A stretch of DNA of 62,993 nt, filler included, from Cladosporium halotolerans (lineage: Eukaryota), in the NCBI RefSeq assembly GCF_011745625.1. It is 22 parts of 22 records of this genome, joined end to end, with 100 filler letters (N's around TTAATTAATTAA, not from the genome) between each part and the next. Parts side by side here need not be neighbours in the genome. Positions count along the whole stretch, not along the records: positions 46,558 to 49,231 come from NW_027191753.1; positions 49,332 to 51,995 come from NW_027191754.1; positions 52,096 to 54,757 come from NW_027191755.1; positions 54,858 to 57,514 come from NW_027191756.1; positions 57,615 to 60,265 come from NW_027191757.1; 17 more parts are not named here. One strand, written 5' to 3'. Both the position numbers and the translations under genes were made by a program. Positions 47,700 through 60,365 of the stretch are shown in pieces. The notes under the pieces were generated by a model. It was not told the DNA's origin. It did no database searches and saw only the letters and a list, made by a program, of their open reading frames with translations. How positions within the stretch are numbered: position 1 is the stretch's first letter; each line of letters begins with the position of its first letter.

Positions 47700-48250
47700 C
47701 GTCACCATCATCTTTCCACCTGCGACTCGCCTGCGAGATCCTCGCGCTACCGTTCCTATCTGCAACCGCTGCATCCCGCGCCTGAACGACGACCTCCCCG
47801 ATACGCGATATCAACGCTCGGCGTTTTCGCGATGCAAGCGTCCCGACTGCGGCTTATTTGCTGACTGCTGCCGCAGCCAACCCTTGCGATGGCGTCTTCG
47901 GTCTCACGGCCAAGAAGTGCTCCCGCTGCGCCCAGCAGCGCCACCCTTGCGTCGCCGTCGAGCCGCCGCTCTTCGGCCACCTTGCCGCGGCCGTCGAAGC
48001 CCGCGAGACATACGCGTAGAGCGTGCGGGACGGCGGTGAAGATGAGAGGAGAGGCTCAAGGAGGCCGCCCTTGAAGCCGGTGACGCCCTCACCATCCCGC
48101 AACCGCAACAAGATCGCCAGTGACTGTCCGACGCCGCGCAAAAGCACACGCCGCCGACGCGCCTACGGCAAGCAACGTTACCCTCCTTTTGGAAGTGCAG
48201 AATTTGCGCCGCGGCGTGCTGGCGCTTGTCGAAATCGGCAAGGCCGTGTG
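47700..48250 (+). pseudogene. Degenerate small gene with a Cys-cluster zinc finger
   Basis: ICNRC, then after an intron-like acceptor (GCTGAC...GCAG, 47876) NPCDGVFGLTAKKCSRCAQQRHPC. Stops and frameshifts follow. Confidence 0.3.
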
Positions 48251-49089
48251 TACAATTTGTCCAATCCGCAGACCGCAGCGCATGCTAACATCAAGCGTAG
48301 CTCATCCGCGACAAGTTCTCCGGCAACGATGCCATCGACGCCATCAACGAGGCCTTGGGGCCGGACGCCCCGGTGGGTGCCTTCCGCTACTCCAACGCCT
48401 CGTCGCCATGAGTCTCTGGTTCCCGAGGAGGAACAGGAGGTGGAGGACAGCGATGCCGTGGGTAATAAGAATATGGAGGTGGAGGGATGATATCCTTTCT
48501 CGCCTGCGCAGCTCCTGTGCGCTATTTGCTTGCTTGCTGCGAACTTCGCGCTGGGCGTCGGCCCACCAGAATCGAATAGATTTGCTACTGCAAATGTCTT
48601 TAAGGCTTCGCTGCGTCGACCGTTCGTAGATTGCGACTACGCTGCGAGTATGAATTTAGATGCCTGCGAAGTTCACGATGTAAATTTACCCCAGGAACTC
48701 CGCTCCCTTCGTAAAACAGTCGAACATCGTCTGATTCGCATACAGTATCAGGGGTACTTCCGTAGTCTCCCCGACACCGCGCAAAGGTCTCGCCTGGGCT
48801 GCACCTACGGATATTGTACCGGGCTGTCGTCTGGGTAGACTGCGCAGCGGACGTTACGGTAAAAAGCCTGCCAAAGTCCTGTCAATGCAGGCTTGAAATG
48901 TCGCTGGGGCGATATTTAAACCGAACAGCATGGCCGTTTACTCAGCATGCCCGCATCGCGCGCGAAACGCAGTTTTCCACCAGTTCTGAACTAGTCGCCG
49001 CGGTTTATAAGAATGCAGTAAATTAGAAGGAGACTTTAAGGTTCAATACCGAAAAGCAGGTGGCGCGCCCGAGCGTATTTGAACTGCGC

Positions 49090-49231
49090 CACAGTCGATG
49101 GCTGAACCGGTGTCCAGAGTTGCTAATTTACTTCTTTCTGGCTGATCCTCACGCGGCAGATGCCGCTCGCCGAGCCCTAAGCCAGATCGAGTTTGAGCTT
49201 ATCTGCATGCGGCTTAGAGCCAATGTGCGGA
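49090..49231 (-). repeat. Diverged copy of the 5' region of the 7521-8789 element
   Basis: ACGCGGCAGATGCCG...CCTAAGCCA.ATCGAGT..GAGCTT...TGCATGCGGCTT..AGCCAA.GTGCGGA aligns with 8691-8770. Confidence 0.8.
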
Positions 49232-51057
49232 NNNNNNNNNNNNNNNNNNNNNNNNNNNNNNNNNNNNNNNNNNNNTTAATTAATTAANNNNNNNNNNNNN
49301 NNNNNNNNNNNNNNNNNNNNNNNNNNNNNNNCTCCAACTCGATCCATCTCTTTGTCTCGACCTGAAGCCTACAAACAAGTCAATAGCCTGAGAACTCCGC
49401 AATGCCTGCGTCCCATGAACCGGTGCGGATGCAGCACGACAAGTCTGTCCGCTTGAAGATGTCGTGCCAGTGGCAGGATATTATCAATTGGTGGTGACAA
49501 CAGAGAATTTGTAGCGTTACCTGTGGTCGTAAACATACCGCTATGCTTGCTGAGCGATTGAGATGTCTCGAGGTTGGAACATCATTCTTAAAGTTTTGGT
49601 CCCCGGACAAAGCTGCTAAATGAGTTGATTCTCTTCTCAGACCATACTTACTGTATCGGTTGGCTGCTCATGGTATCCTCTCAATATTCGTTGCCGTCGC
49701 TGGACCGAGGTTCCGCAATCGGTATGTGGAAATCCAAAGTACAGTCGAACAGGGTTTCAGTGGTTAAATGCTACTAAACATCCTGCGTTGCGTTAGGTGG
49801 TCAGCGTCCAGGTTGCAGGCGCAGCAAGACGAGAAACCGCCCACATCGACAGTGCCCTTGGACTGTTGGTGTGTACTCAACCACGGTCGCCGTCAGAGAG
49901 GCGAAGGTAAATTTGCAAAACCAATCACGTGAAATGGATCAGTCTCGCCAAAGTGCAGCAAATCCGCCAGACAGAGGCGGAGTTGCCTGCCCTGAAGCTT
50001 CTGGGCCGTCTGCCCCGACACAGCTCGACGCCGGAGTGTAATTTAGGGAAGTCACGCCCGCCTACCTGGAAAGACTTGTGTGGTGGAGAAACCCCGGTAG
50101 AGCAATGGAGCGTGGACGCGCGGCACCTGCATGTGATTGTTGGCCCTCGTCGGCATGACCAGGGCAGCCACCAAAAGACGGCGATCTGGAGCGTTGGCCA
50201 TCCTCGTCTTGCCCCGTCAAAGCTCCACGGCGCAGTGTTCCACCATTGACAAGGAGGCAGGCCGAAGCTCGTAAAGACGGCGGGGACGATCCTTTGATGG
50301 GAGGGCTGGCAGCAGTCGCGTGGCGCTGAAGCCTTTCCCTGGATCGGCAGCCAACAGGTAGTGCCAGGCTTCGCCCACCAGCCGAGTGCTGTTTAACCTT
50401 AGCAGGCACCACATGGCGCTGGCCCCTGGCTCCAATCAAAAATATTAAGGTGTCCAAGTTTTGGTGATAGCGTTACCTTCCGCAATGGCAGGGCTGGCCC
50501 TGAGGCGGCACTTACCGAATACATGGGGTGCAACGCGATCTGCGGCTTGACCTGACTTCTGATCCTGCCCATTTTGGCAACCCGCCGGTATTTTGGCAAA
50601 GGCGACAGATGCCACGCGTTCCATGGCTCGATGCCACCATCCATCACGGCCGCCATGGCTTCCGATTGCATCGAGCTCGTCTGGATGTTGCAGAACGAGC
50701 GCCCACCTGCAGAGCTAAATCAACCATGCCACGGGGATCTTCTCGTAGGTCGTCGGCAGTGTCGTCGTGCTCACATTAAGATATGCTCTGTGATGGCAAG
50801 CCAGCAGTACTGTCAACGAGCCAGTGAATATGGTCACCAGGACTTTTGCCGAAGTGCGACAGGACTTCCGCGGCGGCAAGGGGTGGAGCGTTTTCGACAA
50901 TCGCCGGGCCCAAGGCAACTTTGGGGAGGACTTCCGGTGAATCAGCAGCGAGGGACAGACCTTTTCGCTCGGCCACCGCATCTCGCCCATCACCAATGGA
51001 GAGCAGTCCTACAGCCGACTGCGAAACCATTGTCCAGAATTGCGATGTTATTGATAT

Positions 51058-51995
51058 AAGCTCCGCGCGCGGCAGCTTCCGCACCTTGGCTTCAAGCCGC
51101 ATGCAATCAAGCTCGAACTCGATTTGGCTTAGGGCTTTGTGACGGCATCTGCCGCGTAGGGATCAACCAGAAAGACGATGCAATTCCGAAAACCGGTTCC
51201 GCAAACGATGATGCTGGAGCCTAAGCCAAGCCGTCTGGTGGGTCAGGGCTGGAGGCGGGGGGCCTGGGCCTGCTTGCTGCCTCAGCGCGTCTGGTTGAAC
51301 GTGGCGGGGAAGCAGTCCCACTGAAGCTTTAGTCAAGAATGTGAAGCGCGATGGAGCAAGTGGTTGGGGTCCAGGTCTGCTTACTGTCTTGCCAGGCTTG
51401 TCTGCGCGTTGGAAAAGAGTGGTTTCTCCAGAACTTTGGACTGAAGGCCAACGCATCGTGGTGCTAGTCTCTTTCAATCCAGGGGCTTGAGTCAGGACGA
51501 CCTCCCGCAAAATTGGCAGCCTGCCACAACGGCATTGCCGACCGCTGGTGACTGGACTCGCACAAGATGCCACGCATGAGGCGGGTTCAAAAGTAACATG
51601 TAGCTGTACTAGTCACGAAGCTTTCGGGCCGCCTGACCCGCTGGAACGTTACTGATACTCCCGCTGGAATTGATGACAGGATGCGCGCCAGCCAGTCTAA
51701 TGGTCAGCGATGTGATCACATTCGGAAATCCAAGCGGGCATCGAGGGCTTAGACGTGCGTCACGGGCCGCACCAGACCACCGGTTCCAATAGGAGGGTCT
51801 GAAGCCGACTCGTCAAGGGCATCTGCAAAAGACCTGGCAAGGTTGACTCGGTTTGCAACTTGACGTCGGGCGAACCCGGGCATTTGGATTGATCATGGCT
51901 GCGGCGCGACCCTCGGGAACGGCAGACCTGGGCCTGGAGCGTCACTTTGGCTAGGAAACAGCAGGCCGCGAGGTCAATGGCTTGACCCTACCTCA
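51058..51995 (+). mobile_element. Second copy of the non-coding retroposon-like element, 3'-truncated
   Basis: Collinear with the reverse complement of 7926-8790, with small indels. Confidence 0.8.
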
Positions 51996-52095
51996 NNNNN
52001 NNNNNNNNNNNNNNNNNNNNNNNNNNNNNNNNNNNNNNNTTAATTAATTAANNNNNNNNNNNNNNNNNNNNNNNNNNNNNNNNNNNNNNNNNNNN

Positions 52096-53504
52096 GGACA
52101 GCGTAGAGGAAGATCAAGCTCGTGCTTACGGAAAGACCGATGCTGACTCGGATCCAGCGCTGCCGCCAGCTCAAAGCCAGGTTGTCCCAGATCACGTCCG
52201 TCGGGTCCACCTCCAGGATACGAGGCGTCATACGATGCGGCTTGCCATGCAGAACGGATTGGCAGGCCATGTGAGCTGCCACTTGACGGTTGAATTGGAC
52301 GAATGCATTGTTCAGAGGCGTACAACTTCCGGAACGCGCGCGAGCCGACGCGATCTCCTCATTCAGCGTCTGTAGTGTCTCTTGCAGCTGATGGATCAGG
52401 TCGACCTTCCTGCCGAAGAAAGGCACCGGGGGAAGCCACGCCCGGATGACAAGAGGCAGACGAGTGGTCTCGCGGTTTGTCTTTGGCATAGTCTGCGGCC
52501 CGGCACATGATTTGCGACCCTGGTCTTTCCCACAGACCGCGCCGAGCGCGTGTCCACTGCGTTGAGACAATTTGCCAGACCCTTGGCTGCCTCGCGTAGC
52601 TGCGACATCGGAAACGCGTGCGGCGATCAGTTTTGTCTGCGCCGTTTCCAACGCAGTGACGAGCTTTTCGCGCGCCGCCAATTTTGCAGTCAAGTTGCTG
52701 TCATTCCTGTTGATGTAGACGTCCCTAACGCCACCAGGGAAGACGTCAAACGCGTCTCTCAGCTTGTCCTCCGTAAGGAAAGCCTCAGGAATATTGCCAA
52801 CCAGTATGGTGGTGGCCCGCGATTGCGATCGATAGTGCTGACTCCTTGCGTACTCTTGTTTCGCTTCGACGAAGGCGAGGGCTTCGCAATGCACTACATA
52901 GCACACCCACACCACGACAAGGGCACCCAAAGCCCAATGCGTCCAGAGCTTGCTGGCGACCTGTTCCGGCGCGATGTTCGAGATGGCGAAGACGTCCAGA
53001 ACGGACGTCCGTGCATGTTTCCCCGAGAGACGGTTGACCGGCGCCAACCCTGGAGTGACGACTAAGGTGATGGGAAGGAAGATCCAGATCATCATGCGAA
53101 GGTAGCGAACGAAGAAGAGGGCGTCGAGGCCGCATTTCTGGAGGATCGTGTCGTCGGGTGTCGACCACACAGGCAAGACCCAGGCAATCACCCCTTCCGG
53201 TGACCGGGAAGTGCACTGCTCTTCAGGCAACAAATACGTTCGTGGTCGACTATAGTGCCAAGAGAAGCTCAGCGATGAATAATATTCAAACTCAATTTAC
53301 ACTGACCTACTAGATTCTAGCGATTCGCGGACGGATGGTGAGGAAAATCAGAGTCTGCGTAAGGTGCAGGATCAGTGCATACGCCACACCAGCAAGCAAA
53401 GCTTTCCAGGTAAGGCCCTCGCTCTGCAGGGCGGTGCCGGAATTCGTTCTAAAAACCTCGTCTGCAGAGGGAGCATCGAGCGCTCGAGCAAAAGGCGCGT
53501 TCAT
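52096..53504 (-). CDS. CSC1/OSCA (TMEM63; PHM7/RSN1-like) cation channel, 3'-truncated; intron 53310-53250
   Basis: RIYRPRTYL, CGLDALFFVRYLRM, ISNI, LWTH, TILVGNIP and AFVQFNRQVAAHMACQ...PTDVIWDNL. The intron is GTAGGT...TAG. Confidence 0.92.
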
Positions 53505-56125
53505 TGCGTTGCGGGTCAAAGGGCTCGCCTATGGCACGGAAGAATGGTTGTGGAGAAAGTGTGCAACGAGAAGATCGGTGATGGAAGCGAGCAAGCGAGC
53601 AATCGAGCAAGCAATCGAGCATGCAATCAAAGAAGGCATGGGCGAGCAGAGAGATGAAGTACGTTGAGAGCGCAAGCGACACAGCACCTGGGGCGGGCAG
53701 ATATAGGGTATCTAGGTTGCATGAGTAATTCAAACCGAGGCCACCATTTAGCGCAGTGTTGCAGCAGGACGTCTGGCCGGCTTCGCTCACTTCCCATCGC
53801 CTGCTGAACCTGCTGCCATGGGTTTTGCGGCCCCTTCCTCGGCCGCCGGGGCACCATGTGCCGGTGACAAAGCTGTTTGGTGATACTGTACCGTTCGTAC
53901 CAAAATACCGTAGCACTGTACCGTGCGTCAGAAGATGGCCACCGTGCTGGTCACAGAAGTGCCTGACCCCCTTCCGCAAGAGCAGGGGGAAAGCTCAACC
54001 GAAAGCTGCACACGTTTCGTCTTCGACGCGTTCACGAGGAAGGGGGCCGATGCTCTTGCTGAGGGCCGTCTTCGCCACACCTCAGTGAAACGGCCAGAGA
54101 CCGCTCAAACGATGTTGGCCGAATAAATAGACTTGCACATCCTCAAGAAAGCTACCTCCTCTTCCACCAAGGTAAGGGATAGCCATCGAATCAGCGGGAG
54201 GATCTTCAAAGGCATCTCTTTAGAACTTGTCCAATACCAGCATGGAACCACCACCAATAAGATCGACGCAACCTGGGCTCTTCCAATCGGCCGACTGCGA
54301 AGAAGGGTGTCCCGGACAAACTTGCCCTGAGCCCCGGGCTGCGGAGGGATCTCCTGAGGAAAGCAAACTTCTTCAGAAGAGTAGGTGTACAGCGCCCGCG
54401 ACATGGTATCTGAAGTTGCGTTTGTTGACCTTACAAAAGGACATCGGCAGCTCCAAAACATCGACACCGAACGAGCCGTCAAGCGTCCTAGAGCCAACAG
54501 TCGAGCGTTACCCCGGCTGCCCACGCCGTTCCCTTGGGAAGCTAGATGCCAGACGTCACCTTCTGCCACGAGCAGCGCGTGTGACGGCACAGCTTTAGCA
54601 GCGGCAGCGCTGGTGGCAGCGACAACGGCGACAACAACGACGTCGTCGACGACGACGTCGACGACGACAACTGCAAGCGTGCAAAGCAGCTGTGTATCAT
54701 CGGCGTCGGACTCGGACTGCTCTTCCATCCAAAGTCTGCCGCCGTTCCAACTGTCCCNNNNNNNNNNNNNNNNNNNNNNNNNNNNNNNNNNNNNNNNNNN
54801 NTTAATTAATTAANNNNNNNNNNNNNNNNNNNNNNNNNNNNNNNNNNNNNNNNNNNNACCACTACCAACCACTTACAGATCAAGTCGAACCAGCACCAGC
54901 CAGCACCAACCAAACCAGCACCGCACCAATAAGAACCGACCCAACAACATCACTGGTCCTCGTCCTGACTGTGGAAGCTTTCGCTGCCGGCCAAGGTCAT
55001 TCAGACTCTGGAAATCACGATACAAAACACGCCATCGTCAGACACCACTATCACGCTTCGAAATGGCCAGACAAACATCCACGTTTCAAACACCCTATCT
55101 TCGGCGAGGTGGAAGAATGCAATTGGAAATCTGATTGTGTGAAAAAGTGGGACGAAGACACTGCGGCTTTTGCCAAGCTTAGCCCGGAGGAGCAGACAAA
55201 GCAAGTTGCGATACACGAGGCGGCCAAAGCAGCGCAACAGCCGCCACAACCACCGCCTTAGGTAGAAACGCTACTCTACTGACTTTCATGAAATAAGCAT
55301 TGTGCTCTTTCCCGCTGTCAGACCAGTGAAATTGATGGAGAGTCAAGGATTTTCCCAAGTTGTTGATGAAAAGTAGATCCAATCAAGACATGCATCAAAT
55401 TCTACACTACTCACGCTCTCACTCGATCATTCTCATGACCCAGCACTCTGGATCTCTAAGTGCAGCGTTAGTGATCGACCACGTTCTTTGTCACGATACC
55501 GTCTAGTCACGGCCTCAATCTGAGGACAGAATATGTCTTTGATCGCAGCCACGGAACGCTTAAAAGCGATCACTTCACCCTGTAGTCCAAGGCTATTGCT
55601 CAACTAGGGCACGACGGAGAAGTGTCCCAGAATGGATAGAAATTCGGTGTTATTCAAGGTTCGCAACCGCCGAGCTAGCCGTGATACGAAAGCAACCCTC
55701 GCTCTGAAGTATGAAGATCGCTCGGCTTGAGGCTGCTTTCAATCGCTAGTCCATCATGTGATCGAGGGTCGTATGTGGCACACTGTAAGATCCCCGAAAG
55801 CCCTTGGGTCCTCGCCTCCATCGTCCAAGCGATTTTCACATGTCAAGGACCGCTGCCTCGGCAAACTTTAATGCAGCGGCGTCAATCGGCTTGTTCATTC
55901 GCGTCTCCGAGCGTCAATCTCGGGTGTTTTGGTCATGTCGATGCTCCATGGGGACTACTCCACGGGGATGGGACTGGCCGTGTCCCGTGCCACATCCTAG
56001 CAAGCGAGTCCTTGGCGACTATAGTCTCTCGTTCAATCTGCCCACCACGGAGTATCCTTATATTGTCGCAAAGTATCCTCATACATTCCAATTTTACCTT
56101 GTATCTTCCCTCTATCATTGGCACG

Positions 56126-57274
56126 ATGGACAAGAATCAGGACACAACGCGACAAGAGTTCGCTGACGGCGCCGATGTGCCGAAACAATCCTTTCCTGCT
56201 AGACTCCGACGCTCTTGTGTGCGTTTCTGGTGGCTCTACTTCTTCAGTTTCGTGGCACTCGTGCTGGTTATCGTTCTTCCAATGTATGATTCGGCAAGTG
56301 TATTGATGAAATTGGACACAAAGGCGGCTGACACTATGGACAGTGTCTACGTTGGGTACCCCACTTTAGCTCAAAAAACGATCAATAGATCAGCAATTAC
56401 TCTCAATTCCTATGCAATCAGACACCCAACGCCGAGCTCCTTCGATCTTGGCATCGACTACACCATTTTATCCAATTCAAGCAACCACGCCAACCTCGAT
56501 AGCTACAATGCGTCTCTCTATTTGCCTGCGAGCGAGAACTCATTTGTGACCTTCGAAGTCCCAGCAGTCAAGTCGGGAAAAGCGACCGACGTCAGCATTG
56601 ATCAGAACGTTACCATCGATCTACCGGAGGAGCTTGTGAAATTCTGCATGATCGCTCTTGAAAGCGATACTTACGACCTCAACGTCCGCGGCAGAGGTGG
56701 ACTGAAACTCGGCAGCCTTCCGCGCACGTCAGTCAAGTACAACAAAACCGTACAATCAAAAGGTACGTCGGATCTGCTCACCAATGTTCTGGAAGCGCAA
56801 GAGCAAGCTGACATATCATCAGGCTTGAATAAACTGAAGGGGTTCAACATTACGCGATTCTCTCTTCTTCAAGACACTGGACCCTTTAATGCCAATGCTG
56901 AAGGCCAAGTCATGATCCCCAACCCATCAGAAATCACTCTGGATGCTGGCAATGTAACGGCAACAATGCGCGTGGCCGACACCCTGATCGGGAACGTCAC
57001 GTTGCCTGACTTGACGCTGAAGCCCGGAAATGAGACGTACACGATGTACGCGACGACCAACCAGACCGCGGTTGGAGGACTGCTGCAGCAGAGCGCGTAC
57101 CGTTGCGGTGTTCTGCCGCTGGATGTGACGCCTGATCAAAGCGTGTACGATGGGCAGATGATCCCGTACTTGACTACCGCGCTGCGAGCGGCGACGCTGA
57201 GGGTGGATCTAGACGTCGGTCCGGCACTGGCAGAAGCTGGGTTTGGAGCGTTGATTCCTGATGACTGTAGATAA
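56126..57274 (+). CDS. DUF3712-family single-pass membrane protein; introns 56284-56343 and 56763-56822
   Basis: RFWW plus a TM helix, YP..AQ, GLNKLKGF, IPNPS.IT...GNVT and LTLKPGN. Both introns are GTA...GCTGAC...CAG. Confidence 0.82.
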   Translation: MDKNQDTTRQEFADGADVPKQSFPARLRRSCVRFWWLYFFSFVALVLVIVLPMYDSASVLMKLDTKAADTMDSVYVGYPTLAQKTINRSAITLNSYAIRHPTPSSFDLGIDYTILSNSSNHANLDSYNASLYLPASENSFVTFEVPAVKSGKATDVSIDQNVTIDLPEELVKFCMIALESDTYDLNVRGRGGLKLGSLPRTSVKYNKTVQSKGTSDLLTNVLEAQEQADISSGLNKLKGFNITRFSLLQDTGPFNANAEGQVMIPNPSEITLDAGNVTATMRVADTLIGNVTLPDLTLKPGNETYTMYATTNQTAVGGLLQQSAYRCGVLPLDVTPDQSVYDGQMIPYLTTALRAATLRVDLDVGPALAEAGFGALIPDDCR

Positions 57275-57415
57275 GCTGATAACTGAAATTTGTCAACATA
57301 TCAGCAGGTCAGATGCTACAAGGCCAAGTTCGCGCACATGATCCAGCCGAGGGTCGTTATTGAGGCAGAATGAGGAGATGCTGTAAGCTTCACCTCTTCT
57401 GCGCACTCTTCTGTG

Positions 57416-57514
57416 CAGGGTGTTCATCAGACAGACACAGACAGACTGTCTGTCTGTCTGATCACGTAATCAGACAAACAGACATTGGCAAAGTCATTAT
57501 ATAAGCAGACCAGA
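57416..57514 (+). mobile_element. hAT-like terminus
   Basis: CAGGGTGTTCATCAGACAGAC start, CAGA/TCTG subterminal repeats in both orientations; the contig breaks inside. Confidence 0.65.
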
Positions 57515-57614
57515 NNNNNNNNNNNNNNNNNNNNNNNNNNNNNNNNNNNNNNNNNNNNTTAATTAATTAANNNNNNNNNNNNNNNNNNNNNNNNNNNNNN
57601 NNNNNNNNNNNNNN

Positions 57615-57710
57615 CTGAATCTGATTATTCAGGTCCGAGCTCAATCAGGGACCTGATTGATTGATTACCTGATTGATTATCTGATTGAGAAAATCAAGAT
57701 TCAAGATCTA
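57615..57710 (-). mobile_element. Probable hAT-like terminus and subterminal array
   Basis: Clustered CTGATTGA/TCAATCAG motifs at the contig edge. The minus strand could start TAGATCTTG. Confidence 0.5.
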
Positions 57711-58489
57711 TGGACGCAACCGAACCCGTACACGCAACAATCTTTGAACCAGAGATCATCAGCTCTTGATCACATTGAGTTGGTAATGCCCAAGTGGTGC
57801 GGAGCTGTCCAAAAACAAGAAGACGATCCCGCGCAGTCGCTCGCACATGGAGCCGCCCGCACTGCCGTGCCGATTTTGTCATTTACATTTGAAGCCAAGA
57901 GACTTCGATTTGTCCAAAGACCCTCACCGCCAGCGGAAATCACAAGACCAACACCTCACCCGTCGCAGAACGACGTGAGCGGCGACTTCCAAGTCTTCTC
58001 CGCGGTTACACCGTCGAACATCGACACCTGCGCACGAAAATCTCTGAACCACGACAAACAAGCATTCGCGCCGCTCTTCTGAGCATGTCTTCAAATAGTC
58101 AAAGCGACAGGCCCGAAACACTACATCACCTAGATACTACATCCGACCGCAGCCTTCTACCGAAGCTAAACCGCGTCCCACCGCGGTCTTGCTCTGGGGC
58201 GCAAGGCTCGTCAGCGAGAGCATGGGAGGATGATATTTTCTGGCGAGGGTGGAAATGATGTATTGAAGAATATGGATGCAGAAGCAGGGGTCAGAATGGA
58301 GGGACCGCTTCCATGTACGTCAGTAGTTCAGGTGAAGTCTAGAGAGATGAGCGAGAAATCATGTGTCAGCTCTAGATCTCGCATTAATTGCACACAAGCC
58401 CTGCTTCATCCACAAATAGCTTTCATTCGGTACTCCACAGTCCCTTACGCTCCGCTTATCGAAAACTTCTTCCCACACTGCATATGCGT

Positions 58490-60169
58490 TTACTCGTCAT
58501 CGTTGACATCTATGACCGTCTTCTTCCATTGGCGAGCCGGAAGACGGCGGCGGAACATAATGTCAATCTCACGGTAAGAGCGACCCTTCATCTCAGGAAG
58601 ACCCCACCAGGCCACGACGAGACAGAAAAGGGCAGTGCCGCCCCAGACGTAGCCACACTTGCCGCCGACTGGAAGATGTTAGCAGGAGAAAGAAGGCAAG
58701 GAAAGCAGCCAAGGGGAAACTCACGATTGCCACCTGTGGGGTTAAGCATGTAAGAGGCGACTAGCAGACATTAGCTTTGCTCCTTCGCATAATGTGCCAC
58801 CAGAGAGCTTACGGAAGATACACGGGATTTCGACGATGTAGTAAGTAGCACGACCCATGCCGGTGGTAAGAGGCCTGAGACGAATAGCTGAGGTCTCGCC
58901 GATGACGACCCACGAGGCGGGAGCAGGGCCAAGAGTGAAGAGGACAGAGACGATCAAACCAAGAGATGCCTGCGCCATAGAAGCTGCGTAAGCCTTGGGA
59001 TCACCGACCGAAGCTGCGATGCCGAGAGCGAAGAGAAGTGCGCAGTTGGCTGCCGAACCCCAGAGATAGATGGAACGGCGACCAAAGTATGTAGTGAGGA
59101 TCCATGACAGCATAACAAAGATCATCTGGAGGGCGGAGGTGATAAGGCCGAGAGCGAAAGCAAGATTGTCGCCAACACCGGCCTCTGCGCATGGTTAGCA
59201 CTTGCGATGCCGGTCAGAGTATTGGAATGATTACTCACGCTGGAAGAAGTAGACAGCCTGATTAGCGATTAGGTTGCCAGTCAGGTTCTGCGCCGCATAG
59301 ACACCGCAAACGATCAAAGTACGGCGAAGGTCGGTGCCCTTGAACAGCTCGATGTGGTTAGGCTTTTTCTCAGTCTTCTCAAGCTCGATGACACGACGCA
59401 TCATGGCAACGCTCTCTGGTGCGTTCATCCTCGACTTGCGTCCAAGGCGCTCGACAGAGTTGGCAGCTTGCTCGAGTTTACCCTTGCGGACAAGCCACCA
59501 AGGACTCTCCGGGGCGAAGAAGATCAAGATGGCGAGCGGTGTCGGGAACATCCACTGGAGGGCAATGGGGATTCTAGTAGTGTCAGTCAGGTGCATGAGA
59601 GTGATCTCAAAAGATGCTCACCTGTAAGCACTGGCTGACTCGACGGGGTTGTAAACATATGTCACAGCGCCAACGATGATACTTCCAATGGCCCAGAACA
59701 TCTGCAGCATCTGTGTCGCAGGGGCACGAAGTTGGATAGGCACGATCTCACTGCAGTAGGCCGGAGCGTTGGCAATGAAAATACCCCACGGAAGACCCTC
59801 GAGAAGCTGCGCGACGAAGATAACAGGGAGGGAGTTGCCGAAGTAGAAAACGAAGATGAAGACGTTGAGGAGCATCAAGCCGGTGATTGTGGCCCACCGA
59901 TATCCAATGCGGCTGGTCAAAGGACCTGCAAGGAAGACGCCGATGAGAGCTCCGAGTTGACCAGACACCTGGAGGGCAGATTGCCAGCCGGTGACAATGA
60001 CCTTGTCTACTTCTCCTTCGACTGCCACGCCAAACTCGTTCTTGAATGCCTTCAGCGCGACAAAGTTACCGATGAGGAAGACGTCGTAGGATTCCATGAT
60101 CTTGTATCGTCAGCAGCAGCTCATCGATGTTGCTTTGGTCCGGGAAAATGGAGCTTACGATGGTGCAAG
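58490..60169 (-). CDS. MFS alpha-glucoside/maltose permease, interrupted by a transposon end at 60170
   Basis: Exons 60169-60159, 60100-59622, 59573-59239, 59184-58813, 58760-58725 and 58668-58490, all with GT-AG introns. Motifs IMESYD, PAYCSEIVP, ALQWMFP, APESPWWLVRKG, FGRR and LPEMKGRSYREID. Confidence 0.93.
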
Positions 60170-60265
60170 CAGAGAGTACACCGACAGTCATGTCCAATAA
60201 TTTTGCCATGTTCATGTCATGTGCAGTGGGAAAAATCTATGTTCATATTCATGTCGCGTCATGTG
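60170..60265 (+). mobile_element. hAT-like terminus inserted in a permease exon
   Basis: CAGAGAGTACACCGACAGTC TIR (same as 18115-18096), with CATG subterminal repeats. Confidence 0.8.
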
Positions 60266-60365
60266 NNNNNNNNNNNNNNNNNNNNNNNNNNNNNNNNNNN
60301 NNNNNNNNNTTAATTAATTAANNNNNNNNNNNNNNNNNNNNNNNNNNNNNNNNNNNNNNNNNNNN

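Noticed and set aside
55727..56125. N-terminal extension of the 515-aa ORF in the track
   Set aside because: It starts at TTG and looks like UTR. The family-like sequence begins at ATG 56126.
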